Source: Octopus bimaculoides (lineage: Eukaryota). Taken from it: DNA of 46,773 nt. How positions within the stretch are numbered: the stretch's first letter is position 1; every line of letters starts with the position of its first letter. This document shows, piece by piece, positions 35,787 through 46,773 of the stretch. The position numbers were made by a program, and so were the translations under genes. Location: assembly GCF_001194135.2 (NCBI RefSeq), contig NC_068996.1, forward strand, positions 56,799,732-56,846,504, read 5' to 3'. The notes below the pieces were generated by a model. The model saw only the letters and a program-made list of their open reading frames with translations, did not search any database and had not been told where the DNA came from.

Positions 35787-38438
35787 GGTGCAAAGTCCCC
35801 TCTCTACCGAAGGTAACAGGTACAAAGTCCCCTCTCAACCCAAAGTAATGTGGTGATGGAACAATGTAGTTGACAGGGCCATTAGGGAAAAGAAACAGGC
35901 ATGGAAGGACTGGAAGAACAGTGGTAGCAGGGATTTTGTATCAGACTGCCAGAAGTGAAGCAAGGAGAGAGGTTTATTTAGCCAGAGGGGAAGCAAATAA
36001 GAAAGAATTTGCTAATGTTCTGCGTCATGAGGACCAAAGACTTGAAGTGTTTTGTGTTGCAGGACAGTGTGTGAGAGAGAATCATGATGTCATAGGAGAG
36101 AAATGTGTTCGCATGGATGATGGTTCACTTGCATTTAATAAGACTGCAGGAAGAGAGACTTGGAGATGCCACTATGAAAGGTTGCTAAATGAAGAGAATG
36201 AATGAGAGAAAGAGAGTCTGCTGAATGTCGACCCAACAGAGGGACCAGCTATTAAGTTGACAGTACCTTGGTGGATAAAGCAATTAAGGGTATGAAGACA
36301 GGGAAAGCCCCCGGCCCATCAGGGATCACTGCAGAGATGCTTAAAATATTTGGCAGTGTCGGCCGTATCCTAGTCACCCATATAGTTAACCAGGTGATAC
36401 ACGAAGGAGTCATACCCAATGACTGGTGTAGCAGCACCATAGTCAACTGCTACAAAGGTAAAGGTGATGCATTAAATAGAAATAATTACAGAGGCATCAA
36501 GTTGTTGGATCAGGTGATAGAAGTCATGGAGAGGGTCATAGCCCAACTAATTAGGGAGAGAATTAGTTTAGATGAGATGCAGTTTTGGTTTGTGCCAGGG
36601 AAAAGCACCAGTGATGCTATATTTCTGATAAGACAGCTGCAAGAGAAATACCTAACCAAAGATAAACCTCTGTACCTGGCTTTTGCTGACATGGAGAAAG
36701 CCTTTGACAGGGTCCCCCGATCCCTTATCTAGTGGTCAATGAGGAAACTAGGGATAGAAGAATGGTTAGTGAGAGCTGTACAAGCCATGTACAGGGATGT
36801 TGTCAGCAAGGTGAGAGTTTGCAACAAGTACAGTGAAGAATTCCAGGTAGGGGTAGGGGTCCACCAAAGATCAGTCCTCAGCCCCCTCTTATTCATCATA
36901 GTCCTCCAGGCAATAACACGGGAATTCAAGACAGGATGCCCCTGGGAGCTCCTCTATGCTGATGACCTTGTTCTAATAGCTGAGTCACTATCAGAACTAG
37001 AGAGGTTTCAGGTGTGGAAGCAAGGATTAGAATTGAAGGGCCTTAGAGTCAATCTAGCAAAAACCAAAGTCTTATAGGTAGGAAGGTAGACAAACCACAA
37101 ATCCTTTCAGGTAGATGGCCCTGCTACATCTGTAGAAAAGGCATAGGTAGAAACTCCATAAGATGTACCTGGTGTAAGCTATGGACACCTAAGAGGTGCA
37201 GCAATATCAAAGAAAGGCTAACTGGGAAGATAGATTTTGTGTATGGCAAATGCTCAGGAGCAATAAACATTGAAAATGTGCAGAGAACAACTTCCATTAC
37301 ATTCCAGGGGGAAAAACTACAAGTAGTTGATAGCTTCCATTACCTAGGTGACCAAGTCAGTAGTGTGGGTGGGTGCACTGAAAGTGTAGCTGCTAGAATA
37401 AGAATAGCCTAGGCAAAGTTCAGAGAGCTCTTACCTCTGCTGGTGATAAAAGGCCTCTCGCTCAGAGTAAAAGGTAGACTGTATGACGCATATGACGAAC
37501 AGCCATGCCACATGGCAGTGAAACATGGGCCGTGACTGCTGAGGACATGTGTAAGCTTGCAAGGAATGAGAGAAAAGTTGAACCTAAAAAGCATCAGTTG
37601 TGGTGTGCAAGAGAGGCAACTGCACTGGTATGGTCATGTGGCGAGAATGGATGAGGATAGCTGTGTGAAAAAGTGTCACACCCTAGCAGTAGAGGGAACC
37701 TGTGGAAGAGGTAGACCCAGGAAGAACTGGGATGAGGTGGTAAAGCAGAACCTTTGAACATTAGGCCTCACGGAGGTGATGACAAGTGACCAAGACCTTT
37801 GGAGATATGCTGTGCTTGAGAAGACCCAACAAGCCAAGTGAGACCAAAACCCATGGCCTATACCAGTGCTGTATAACCAGTCCATTTAAGAGTACCCTTC
37901 AATCATTGGACAATAAACTATGCTTGCGAAGACCTGTTGAGGCAAGTGAAATCGTTGTTGTGACCGATGACAGTACCTCCTGGTTGGCACCCATGCCAGT
38001 GGAACGTTAAAAGCACCATTCAAGCATAATCATTGTCAAGGCCACTGACTGGCCCCCATGCCAGTGGCACATAAAAAGCACCATTCGTGCATGATTATTG
38101 CCAGGGCCGCTGACTGGCTCCCTTGCCCGTGGCATGTAAAAAGCACCATTCGAGCATGATTGTTGNNNNNNNNNNACTGGCTCCCTTGCCCGTGGCATGT
38201 AAAAAGCACCATTCGAGCATGATTGTTGCAGTACCGCCTGACTGGCCCTCGTGCCGGTGGCATGTAAAAGCACCCACTATACTCTCTGACTGGTTGGCGT
38301 TAGGAAGGGCATCCAATTGTAGAAACTCTGCCAGATCAGATTGGAACCTGGTGTAGCCATCTAGCTCACCAGTCCTCAGTCAAATCATCCAACCCATGCT
38401 AGCATGGAAAGCGGACGTTAAACGACGATGATGATGAT
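35787..38438 (+). mobile_element. 5'-truncated RTE LINE (ORF2 RT pseudogene, repeat-containing 3' UTR, (GAT)n tail)
   Basis: GKAPGPSGI, NYRGIKLL, LAFADMEKAFDRVPR, GVHQRSVLSPLLF, LLYADDLVLIA, HYLG, WYGHVARM, GRPRKNW; scattered stops and frameshifts. Confidence 0.97.
37122..37253 (+). pseudogene. PHD-like C4HC3 zinc finger coding segment inside the RTE RT
   Basis: CYICRKGIGRNSIRCTWCKLWT(P)KRCSNIKERLTGKIDFV(Y)GKC; ligands 5 and 7 are single-base mutants (cct, tat); the copy at 41939-42076 retains the His. Confidence 0.7.
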
Positions 38439-38485
38439 AAGGGATGGTCCTAAGTGGGCTAGTAGGATGTTGAAGGCCATCCCTG

Positions 38486-38528
38486 CAGGTGGCCTTACAG
38501 GTGGCCTTACAGGTGGCCTTACAGGTGG
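38486..38528. repeat. 12-bp tandem repeat (CAGGTGGCCTTA x3.6)
   Basis: Three perfect units plus CAGGTGG. Confidence 0.95.
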
Positions 38529-38570
38529 TAGTAGTGTTCCTCCTGTTGAAGTGAGATATACTCTTGAATT

Positions 38571-38602
<32 letters not shown>

Positions 38603-40034
38603 TATCTTGGTTTTAGAAGTGATAATACTTAACGTTTGTGCTGTTAACTGAAAACATTAACAACAGGAGGAACATTTGGCTGTAAAATGCCTCAGGAAGC
38701 AGTCCAGCATGGAAAACGCAAATACAATTTTATTGTTATTTTAATTGTTTCAGTCACTGACTGTGGCCCGGTGCTCCAGCATGGCCGCAGTCAAATGATT
38801 GGAACAAATAAAAGAATAAAAGAATGATGATGATGATAATGATATATCTATAAACGTATGTATGTATATATATGCATACATATACACACACAGACACATA
38901 TACCCTCACTTACATACATGTGAACAATATCAAATGTACATATTTATATACGTGTATGTATGTGTGCATACATATATGTACATACACACATACATATGTG
39001 CATGCACTCACATATATTATGCACTTGCATACACATATACGAGTACAATGTCAAATGTACATATTTATATATGCACACACACATACACACATACACAGAT
39101 ATATGTGTGTGTGTGTGTACTTGTATATATGTATATACATTCACACATATGCATAGACATGCACATACATATAAACACACACATTCCTATATCGGTATAT
39201 GCCTTGTACATGAAGAAACTTTGTTTTGTTTTGTTTTTTTCTTTGAAGTGGAAGAGAATTAAAAATGTTGGTGCCCGTATGTCTAGATGAGTAGGTTAAT
39301 GTTGAATATTTCCAAAACTGAAATAGGCATCTTAACAGCAGAATTATGTATTGATAACATCTTCATCTGCATAAGATCAAAGACGATTCCCATCAAACGA
39401 TAAGTAAAACAGCCATACTTTTAAACACCACATCTACTGCATCCAATACAACAAGATACTCTGCCAACTTTACTCACAAAATATGGTTACCTCTTGGATT
39501 TGAACTCTCAACTCCATTTTAATAGTTACACAGTGAATTTGAGAAATGAAAGCCACAAATTCTGTTGTGGTTATTTGTAGTTAAAGTTGCAAGAATCGCC
39601 ATGAAGGCAATCCATCACTCAAGACGGGCTTTTGATGTTAGAATTTTGAAACGACTCATGATTAACTACTTTAGCTGATTTATAGCAGGAAATTTTTATT
39701 CTATATCACTCTTTCTATCTCACATATCTGTTTGTTTTGTGTTTGTGTATGTATATAAATACATATGGATGTATATGCGTGCATGTGTGTATGTGTGTGT
39801 GTGTGCGTGCGTGCGTGTAGTATCTATGTATATATACATGTATGTTCAAAGTACATGTGTATATTGGTATGTATGTCTGTGTGTATGTATGTATGTCTGT
39901 GTGCATGTATGTATGTACATACATATGTATGTATGTATGTGTGTGTGTATGTATGTATGTATGTATGTATGTGCGTATGTATGTATGTATGTATGTATGT
40001 ATGTATGTTTGTATGTATGTATGTAATGTATATA

Positions 40035-40445
40035 CAAGGTGTTTGGGCTAAATTTGACAGTTTGCATAGAAGGAAAAGAAAACACAATATCTCATCCAAA
40101 AATAAAAATATTTTTAAAAATCCCAAACTCTCCACTAGATTCTTGCTGGGAGATAACAGTTTCCTCAAAGTAGCCACCCTCAGCTTCCAAGATGGCCTCA
40201 GAATGGCTCCTAAACATGGTGCCTGCATTCCTTACTGTGTCCATGGGAAGATCTTCAAACACCTTGATCTTGTCTGCCAACTTGGTCTTGGTGCTGCAGT
40301 TGGTATCTTTCTCGATCAAACCCCGCATATAGTAATCAATAGGATAACAACCAGGAGAATTAAGAGGCAAGAAATTGGGGCTGGTGAAGTCATAGAAATT
40401 GCCCAACTAATATTTCTGATTCTTTCTAAAGGTATAGCAAGGAAC
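40035..40445 (-). mobile_element. Tc1/mariner 3' end (possibly maT/DD37D-like)
   Basis: NFYDFTSPNFLPLNSPGCYPIDYY..IEKDTN..AILEAEGGYFE (resembling WPPNSPDxNPxDY); terminus TA|CAAGGTGTTTGGGCTAAATT at 40033-40054. Confidence 0.8.
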
Positions 40446-40455
40446 TGAATCCTAG

Positions 40456-40492
<37 letters not shown>

Positions 40493-40494
40493 AT

Positions 40495-40665
40495 CATCAT
40501 CATCCTCATCATCATTTTCCATGCTGGCATGGTTTGAAGCTGTCAAGTTAGAGAGCTGCACCATGCTCCATTTGTCTGTTTTGGCATGGTTTCTATGGCT
40601 GGATGCCCTTCCTAATGCCAACCACTTTACAGTGTGTACTGGGTGCTTTTTTACATGGTACCAGC
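40495..40665 (-). mobile_element. RTE 3' tail copy
   Basis: (CAT)n-ttttccatgctggcatggttt..gctggatgcccttcctaatgccaaccact. Confidence 0.8.
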
Positions 40666-41804
40666 ATAAGTTTAAAAAATTAATATATTATTATACAAAA
40701 ATGAAATAAAATAAGCTCTGGCAAAGCTAGTAAGATGCTGAAAAATACTGTGTTCTGCCGTCTAAAAATCAAAATAGCTACTTGACAGCTCCACTTCATT
40801 AAAACATGCACCTCAAGTAAATGAGTGGAAATTGAACCAGTGAGTGTGTCAGATAATAAAGCACCAAAAGAGAATGGCTTTCCCCAGACATCATAAAGAT
40901 AGTTTCCCATCTTTTCTTTTTCTTTTTCAAACATGGTGTATATCATTTATTATTTTGTTTGTAAAATAGTAGGATATATGTTGAGGGTGGTTTAATAGCT
41001 ATTTTTAGCAGGTTGAGAAATCCTGTAGAGTCCCTCATTGGCAATCAGCATTGGTGCTAATTATGGTGGTAAATTAGCGAACTCATTAGGGTGTTGTTTC
41101 TTTTTTTGTCATTTTTAGTCAAGAGAAAAGACAATGATTATGGCCAGTAAGCAGTACTTGAGACTGGTGGATGGGAGGGACTTAATGGAGAGGGTATTCT
41201 CCAGCCAGAAACTTGGTCCAAATGCTGGCAACAGTGTAAACTTCACTAAAGAGATCCGAAAGGTACCTAAGGCTGTCAGGTGGCAGTGTTAAACCATGTG
41301 AGAGGTTAAGTTCACTACCCATGTATGCTGTGACAGAATTTGAACTCAAGACATAAATGAGCCAGAACAAACACCACAAGGTATCAGATCTCATGTTCTT
41401 TCTGTTTCACCAATTCTTCCCCCACTCCTACACATGCATACTTTAGATTGGTACTTTATTTATTGACCCTGGAAGAAATAAAAGTAAAGTTGACCTGGAC
41501 TGAATTTGATCTCAGAATGACATGTAATATTTATCCTGACAATGATTTTAAATCTGAATCAAGGTGAATTGTCAGAACTAATAAGAAGGAATCAGGTGAG
41601 AAAATGCCTTGCAGTGTTTCTGCAACACTGTTACAATGATTTTGATATCAAACTGCACTTGCAGCGCCGGTCAGCAACAAAACATTTGTTGACTTGGAAC
41701 TGTCAGCATCATTCACCATTATCATTCAACGTCCATTTTGCCTGTTGGCAAGGGTTGAATGATTTAATGGGACCTGGCAAATCAGAGGACTACATTAAGC
41801 TCTA

Positions 41805-42200
41805 AAGAGTTAGAGAAGAAATATCAGGTGTGGAAGCAAGGACTAGAATCAAAGAGCCTTAGAATTAATTTAGCAAAGATCAAAATACAAATGAACAAGA
41901 AAACAGACAAACCACTAATCCCTCTTTCAAAAAGGCCCTGCTTAATGTGTAGAAAAGGCATAGGTAGAATTTCCACACATTGTACCAAATGCAAACTATG
42001 GATGCATTAGAAGTGCTGCGGAATCACAGGAAGGTTAACAGAAAAAGTGGACTTTGTGAGTGTGAGGCAGACATGCAGTAACAATAAACACAAAGAACAC
42101 ACAGGGGAAACAGTTTCCTCAGATACCCAGGTGAATCCTTAAAGGTAGCAGAAACTCTCACACCTTGAGCCACTCTGTTGCTTCTGCTAAATACAAATAA
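41805..42200 (+). mobile_element. RTE RT fragment with the PHD-like insertion
   Basis: WKQGLESKSLRINLAKIK..RPCLMCRKGIGRISTHCTKCKLWMH*KC; colinear with 37010-37370. Confidence 0.85.
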
Positions 42201-42235
42201 ATAAATAAATAAAATAAATACACACTTACGCGCAT

Positions 42236-42281
<46 letters not shown>

Positions 42282-42491
42282 CACACACACAAACACATAT
42301 GCACACACACTCACGTATATTTATGAATATATATATATTTATATATGTATGTATGTCTGTTTGTATGTATGTATACATATGCATTTGGTGTACTCCATTT
42401 TTGCTTCAAGTTATATGCTGACACTGAGATACTGGCAGTTCAGACACTTGAAGCAAAAACGGAATGTGAATCAGGTAAATTTTGAAGTGTC

Positions 42492-42592
42492 TTAGGTCAC
42501 CTGATGAGGCTCTTTTGCACCTGGTGTTATTGCATTGTTCCACGCCCATTAGAAAACAGTGCAATATGAAGCCGAAATGATTGTTGTGCTAA
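42492..42592 (+). ncRNA. Decayed type I hammerhead with canonical core and extended helix II
   Basis: ttaggtcac-CTGATGA-ggct..agcc-GAAA-tgattg-tt-gtgctaa; three CpG reversions restore GAAA-CGATCG-UC; helix I has a 2-nt deletion. Confidence 0.6.
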
Positions 42593-42727
42593 TGAATGCC
42601 TCTAGTTACACTCTGTCTTCTGTATTAATCATTTAAAATATATACATATATATATATGTGTGTACATCCATCCACTTGCATGGAGGGCTGCAAACTCCCC
42701 TCAATGCCACATATCATGACCACATAT

Positions 42728-43100
42728 AAGTGCAGGCATGGTTGTGTGGTAAGTAGCTTGCTTACCAACCACATGGTTCTGGGTTCATTCCCACTGCGTG
42801 CCACTTTGGGTAAATGTCTTCTACTATAGCCTTGGGCCGACCAAAGCCTTGTGAGTGGATTTGGTAAATGGACACTGAAAGAATCCCGTCATATATATGT
42901 ATATATATACCCCCCACCATCACTAGACAACCGATCTTGGTGTGTTTACATCCCCGTAACTTACCAGTTCAGCAAAACAGCAAAAGAAATGATAGAATAA
43001 GTACTAGGCTTACAAAGAATAAGTTTTTGGGTCAATTCGTTCAAATAAAGGTGGTGCTCCAGCATGGCTGCAGGTAAATGACTGAAACAAGTAAAAGAAT
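42728..43100 (+). mobile_element. Full-length tRNA-derived SINE
   Basis: A box tggttgtgtggtaag, B box ggttcattccc, central (TA)n, tail ggtggtgctccagcatggc..tgactgaaacaagtaaaaga. Confidence 0.9.
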
Positions 43101-43106
43101 AATAGA

Positions 43107-43140
<34 letters not shown>

Positions 43141-43261
43141 ATGTATGAATATATATCATCATCATCATCATCATCATCGATTTGGCATGGTTTCTACAGC
43201 TGGATGTCAATTACTCCAAGAGTGTAGTGGGTGCTTTTTACATGTCACTGGCACATTTGTG

Positions 43262-43331
<70 letters not shown>

Positions 43332-43476
43332 CATATATGTATGTGTGTGTATATGTATATACATATGGATATATATGTACTGAAAAGAGTAATAATAACA
43401 AAACATTTATTGGTACCCTACCATCTTAGATTTATATCACATTTGGAGAATTTTGTATTACTGTGGCATATAGAGT

Positions 43477-43715
43477 TTACTGTACAGCAACAGGATGAAC
43501 AACATTCTTGGATTTTCCATTTGGTGTTAGTACGAAGTGATTGTTGTCATTTCCAACTCTGGAACAGCCAACATAGAGCTGACCATGGGAAAAGCACTGC
43601 TGCATGAGATGAAGTCCAACAATTTTGAGTGATTGTCCCTGACTCTTGTTTATTGTGGGTAATGGAGGTAACTATCACAAAGTTTTGGTATTAAATTCAA
43701 AACGTTCTGGTCAGT
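43477..43715 (-). mobile_element. Helitron helicase C-terminus
   Basis: TINKSQGQSLKIVGLHLMQQCFSHGQLYVGCSRVGNDNNHFVLTPNGKSKNVVHPVAVQ* (Pif1 motifs V and VI). Confidence 0.92.
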
Positions 43716-44315
43716 TTTCTAACAAAATGTTGTATTTATTATTATAGCTAAGAGAGTTAACTCTTGTAAACCATTTGAAACCTCTCACAGTCACCTTACT
43801 TGCTGGAAATATCAACCTAACCCTAACCCAGATTCCAATGCTGGATGTTCAAGAATGTCAGATTTTTAATGCAGATATGATCCTGATTCCAAAAAAGGTA
43901 TAATATGTCTATATCAAGTAAATGTAGTCTGAGATACAGGGGTCCCGGACAGACAGAATTTCACTTTTATTTTATGTGTGTGTGTGTGTGTGTGTGTGCG
44001 TGCGCACGTGTGTGTGTGTGCGCACGTGTGTGTGTGTGTACAAACACACACACACATATTGTAATAAGTGAGGTTTCCACATTTGTTTATGCCAAGTTTC
44101 ATATAACCACTCATTCAACATGACATAACATCTGTCTTTTTTACTCCTTGGTGTAGAAAAAAGAAATTTGATCGTTAATAATACAGTTATAACAATTTGT
44201 CAAAGCAAAGCTCATGAAAAGATGCACACTCACTCATACCCACACACATAGAACAATAGTGAATGTAAGGTTTATTAACATTATTTAAAAGTAGGATTAA
44301 GCACTAATTACTTTA

Positions 44316-44569
44316 TGACTGTTGGTTTCACCATTTGTCGGATCATTGAGTACTGACATTGACCCACCTGCAATGATGAAATGAAGGTGGGTAAATATTA
44401 CTACCCAATGATCCAATAGACAGTTTCACTGTTTATCGGATCGTTAGGAACATTGGTCTATTGGAAACTGTCTAATTTATCAATGTTGGTATAAGCTAAA
44501 CATTCATAGAATGAAGGAAGATCAATATCATTACCCATTGATCCGAGAGACAGTGAAACTGACAAGTCA
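44316..44569. mobile_element. 254-bp TA-flanked element with degenerate 37/38-bp TIRs and internal terminus-junction palindrome
   Basis: Left 44316-44352 versus reverse complement of 44532-44569 match at 29/38 positions; internal 44402-44448 repeats both termini. Confidence 0.7.
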
Positions 44570-45283
44570 TAATGTAATTGATGGTTCATCCAGCATTCGC
44601 TAAAAGATTATATTATATAAATTTGTGCAAGCGCATACGTGTGTGTGTGCCTCTCTGTGTGTGTGTGTGCATTTGCATACATATAGATAGATTAGTTGGT
44701 AGATAGATAGATAGGGAGAAAGAGAGAGTGTGTGTGAGAAATAGATAGATAGATAGATAGATAGACAGGAAGATTGTGATCAAGTGTTTGATAGGCAGTA
44801 AGAGTGACAGACAGATAGACTGATTGATTGGTTGATTGATTGATTGATTGATTGTTTGATTTGGTGTCTGCATTGTTTATTGGTTGAATTCAGGTAGACC
44901 TTTCCACCTTTTTCTTTTCACTATTAGGTTTCCATGTGGTCAATCCATGTGTTTGTTTTATTGCCAATCAAATGTTTTTACGATTAAGTTTCCATGTCAG
45001 AAGCCACATGTTAATTTTTTTAACGTGTTTTTTACATGCTTATTTTGGCATTGCATTTCAATATGAGAATGGCTTCCAACGTTAAACTTCTGTTTTTGTT
45101 AGAAATTTTAAAGCGTATGTAAGTGTTCGCCCCTAGTTTTTTCCCATCTGATTGTTTAGTAGTGTGTGACATATATTTTAATATACATTTGTATTTCTAT
45201 TTATAATTATACATATGTATCCATATGCATGTGTGTGTATAAATTTATATGTATTAATAAATATATATATATACATACAAACC

Positions 45284-45324
<41 letters not shown>

Positions 45325-46550
45325 TGTTCAATGATTGAAATAATCCTTATCCTGTAAAGGTCCCTTTATGTATTCATTGTTAAATAATTACAATAATGAC
45401 AACACCTCCTCGAAGGGAACTTAGATCTGCAGTTCCTTGTCTGGAGACCAGTAACAAGACTTTTAACACATAAAGGTTTATTTCATTTACAACCCTCTTC
45501 GATGAGATTTAAACAAGTTCAATGGTTGCAATTGTCTTATTTTTTATACCCTCAATGGGTTTATTAAAATGAAACAGTAGTACTCCCCACTCTGCCCACC
45601 ATATCATGTGGTACAGTATGGGATTTACTTAAATCATATAAATGTGAAGTTCTGCAAATCTCTACAATGACTGCACTATGTCATTTCATGTGATGGCCAT
45701 GGAATGGCTGTTGATAGCCTTAATTAGTAAAATTTCATTAGTAAAATTTTGTAAAATTTTGTTCTTCAATCTCCTAATTGTAAAGAAAATTGATGAATTG
45801 ATTATTCTGATGTCTTTTATACCTGCTAACCAATAACTGTGTTGCTTTCTTGTAAGCTGCTGCTGCTGCTGCTACCATTGTTGCTGCCACTGCTACTGCT
45901 GCTTCTGTTGCTGTTATTGTAGTGGTGGTGGTGGTGGTGGTGGTGGTCCTGTAGATTTGAGTGTATTAGAAACGGACTTGTCTGTTCTATAGCCTCAACT
46001 CCACTGACCATAACTTTGATATTCTTTCTTCACATTATTAAAGAAATATTAAATTCATCACTCAGGACACAGACTTGCTTTTGTACCGTCTGAACCACAT
46101 TAATGGCAACATTTAACAGCTGCGATTCTCTGTTCTTTGTTAAGATGAAATGCCATTTCCAATAATCTAAGCTGAAAAGTACAATAGAAAGATTAATCAT
46201 TCACCATCGATTTTAATTTCAAGTATAATTGATGTAATTGGTCAAACTTGAAACGATTACTAATTAATTAATATCAACTGGTTACTGTTTGTACAACAAT
46301 TGGTATTAATTAATTAGTAACCATTAATTAATGCATATATATATATATAAGCACAGAAACAGAAAGTGGTGTTTATTCATGTGTGTAGATGTGTGTGTGT
46401 ATGTGTATCTATGTATATCATATATATATATATTTGATATAAATATATATACATATGTATATAAATATCTATGTATATGTGTGTGTGTGTAATACATTTA
46501 CATATGTATGTATATATATCTATATATATGTGAATATAATATGCATAGAT

Positions 46551-46577
46551 ATTTATATATATAAAAATGAGAATGTG

Positions 46578-46640
<63 letters not shown>

Positions 46641-46773
46641 GTGAATCCCTAAAACTCGAGAACTATCCAACCAATTTCATTCAAATTTTACACATGCCTT
46701 ACTTAGGGTTCCAGTTGTGTTTTAGTCAAAAAAAATTATTAACTTCTTGCAGAGTTCGAGCACACGGCAACGT
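46551..46773 (+). mobile_element. 5' end of a non-autonomous Helitron-like element with (GTCT)n microsatellite, running off the window
   Basis: TATATATATAAAAATGAGAATGT-(GTCT)n-...aaaactcgagaac..caaccaatttcattcaaattttacac; layout typical of microsatellite-bearing Helitrons. Confidence 0.6.

Noticed and set aside
40817-40898. Protein-like VEIEPVSVSDNKAPKENGFPQTS* as a terminal exon
   Set aside because: In-frame stop directly upstream and no pyrimidine tract.
43816-43830. Telomere-like (TAACCC)2
   Set aside because: Only two units, within a SINE-like fragment.
45826-46011. His/Ser/Asn-rich minus-strand ORF
   Set aside because: Mixed trinucleotide repeat with no convincing splice sites or domain.
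46257-46320. 26-bp AT-rich inverted repeat
   Set aside because: Dominated by self-complementary TAATTAATTA low-complexity sequence, so significance is low.
2616-46670. Dozens of long ORFs rich in Y/I/C/V/M/H/T, or spanning X runs
   Set aside because: They are translations of (TA)n, (CA)n and (TACA)n microsatellites or of N-gaps, which lack stop codons.

Overview
AT-rich eukaryotic, non-coding-looking DNA from a draft scaffold with 8 N-gaps. The dense (TA)n/(CA)n/(TACA)n/(ATC)n microsatellites and the SINE/RTE repertoire suggest a coleoid cephalopod, probably Octopus (inference). No host protein-coding gene could be confidently identified, and almost all listed ORFs are microsatellite or antisense artefacts. 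The window is mostly decayed transposons: RTE LINEs and many RTE 3'-tail copies, Penelope-like elements (PLE; RT + GIY-YIG), a CR1-type RT fragment, a restriction-like-endonuclease non-LTR fragment, two Helitron helicase remnants plus a Helitron 5' end, two mariner remnants, hAT and Tc1-type MITEs, and tRNA-derived SINEs. Most notable: (1) several minimal type I hammerhead ribozyme motifs of three architectures, mostly in PLE terminal repeats, one near-intact (21257-21293, minus strand); (2) a C4HC3 PHD-type finger embedded inside the RTE reverse transcriptase; (3) many fold-back structures, including a perfect 45-bp inverted repeat and a 254-bp element carrying an internal junction of its own two termini; (4) a minus-strand bias of retro-inserts, CpG decay and weak plus-strand exon candidates, together suggesting a large intron of a plus-strand gene. 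All protein and family calls come from manual translation and motif recognition, not database searches; boundaries of decayed elements are approximate.
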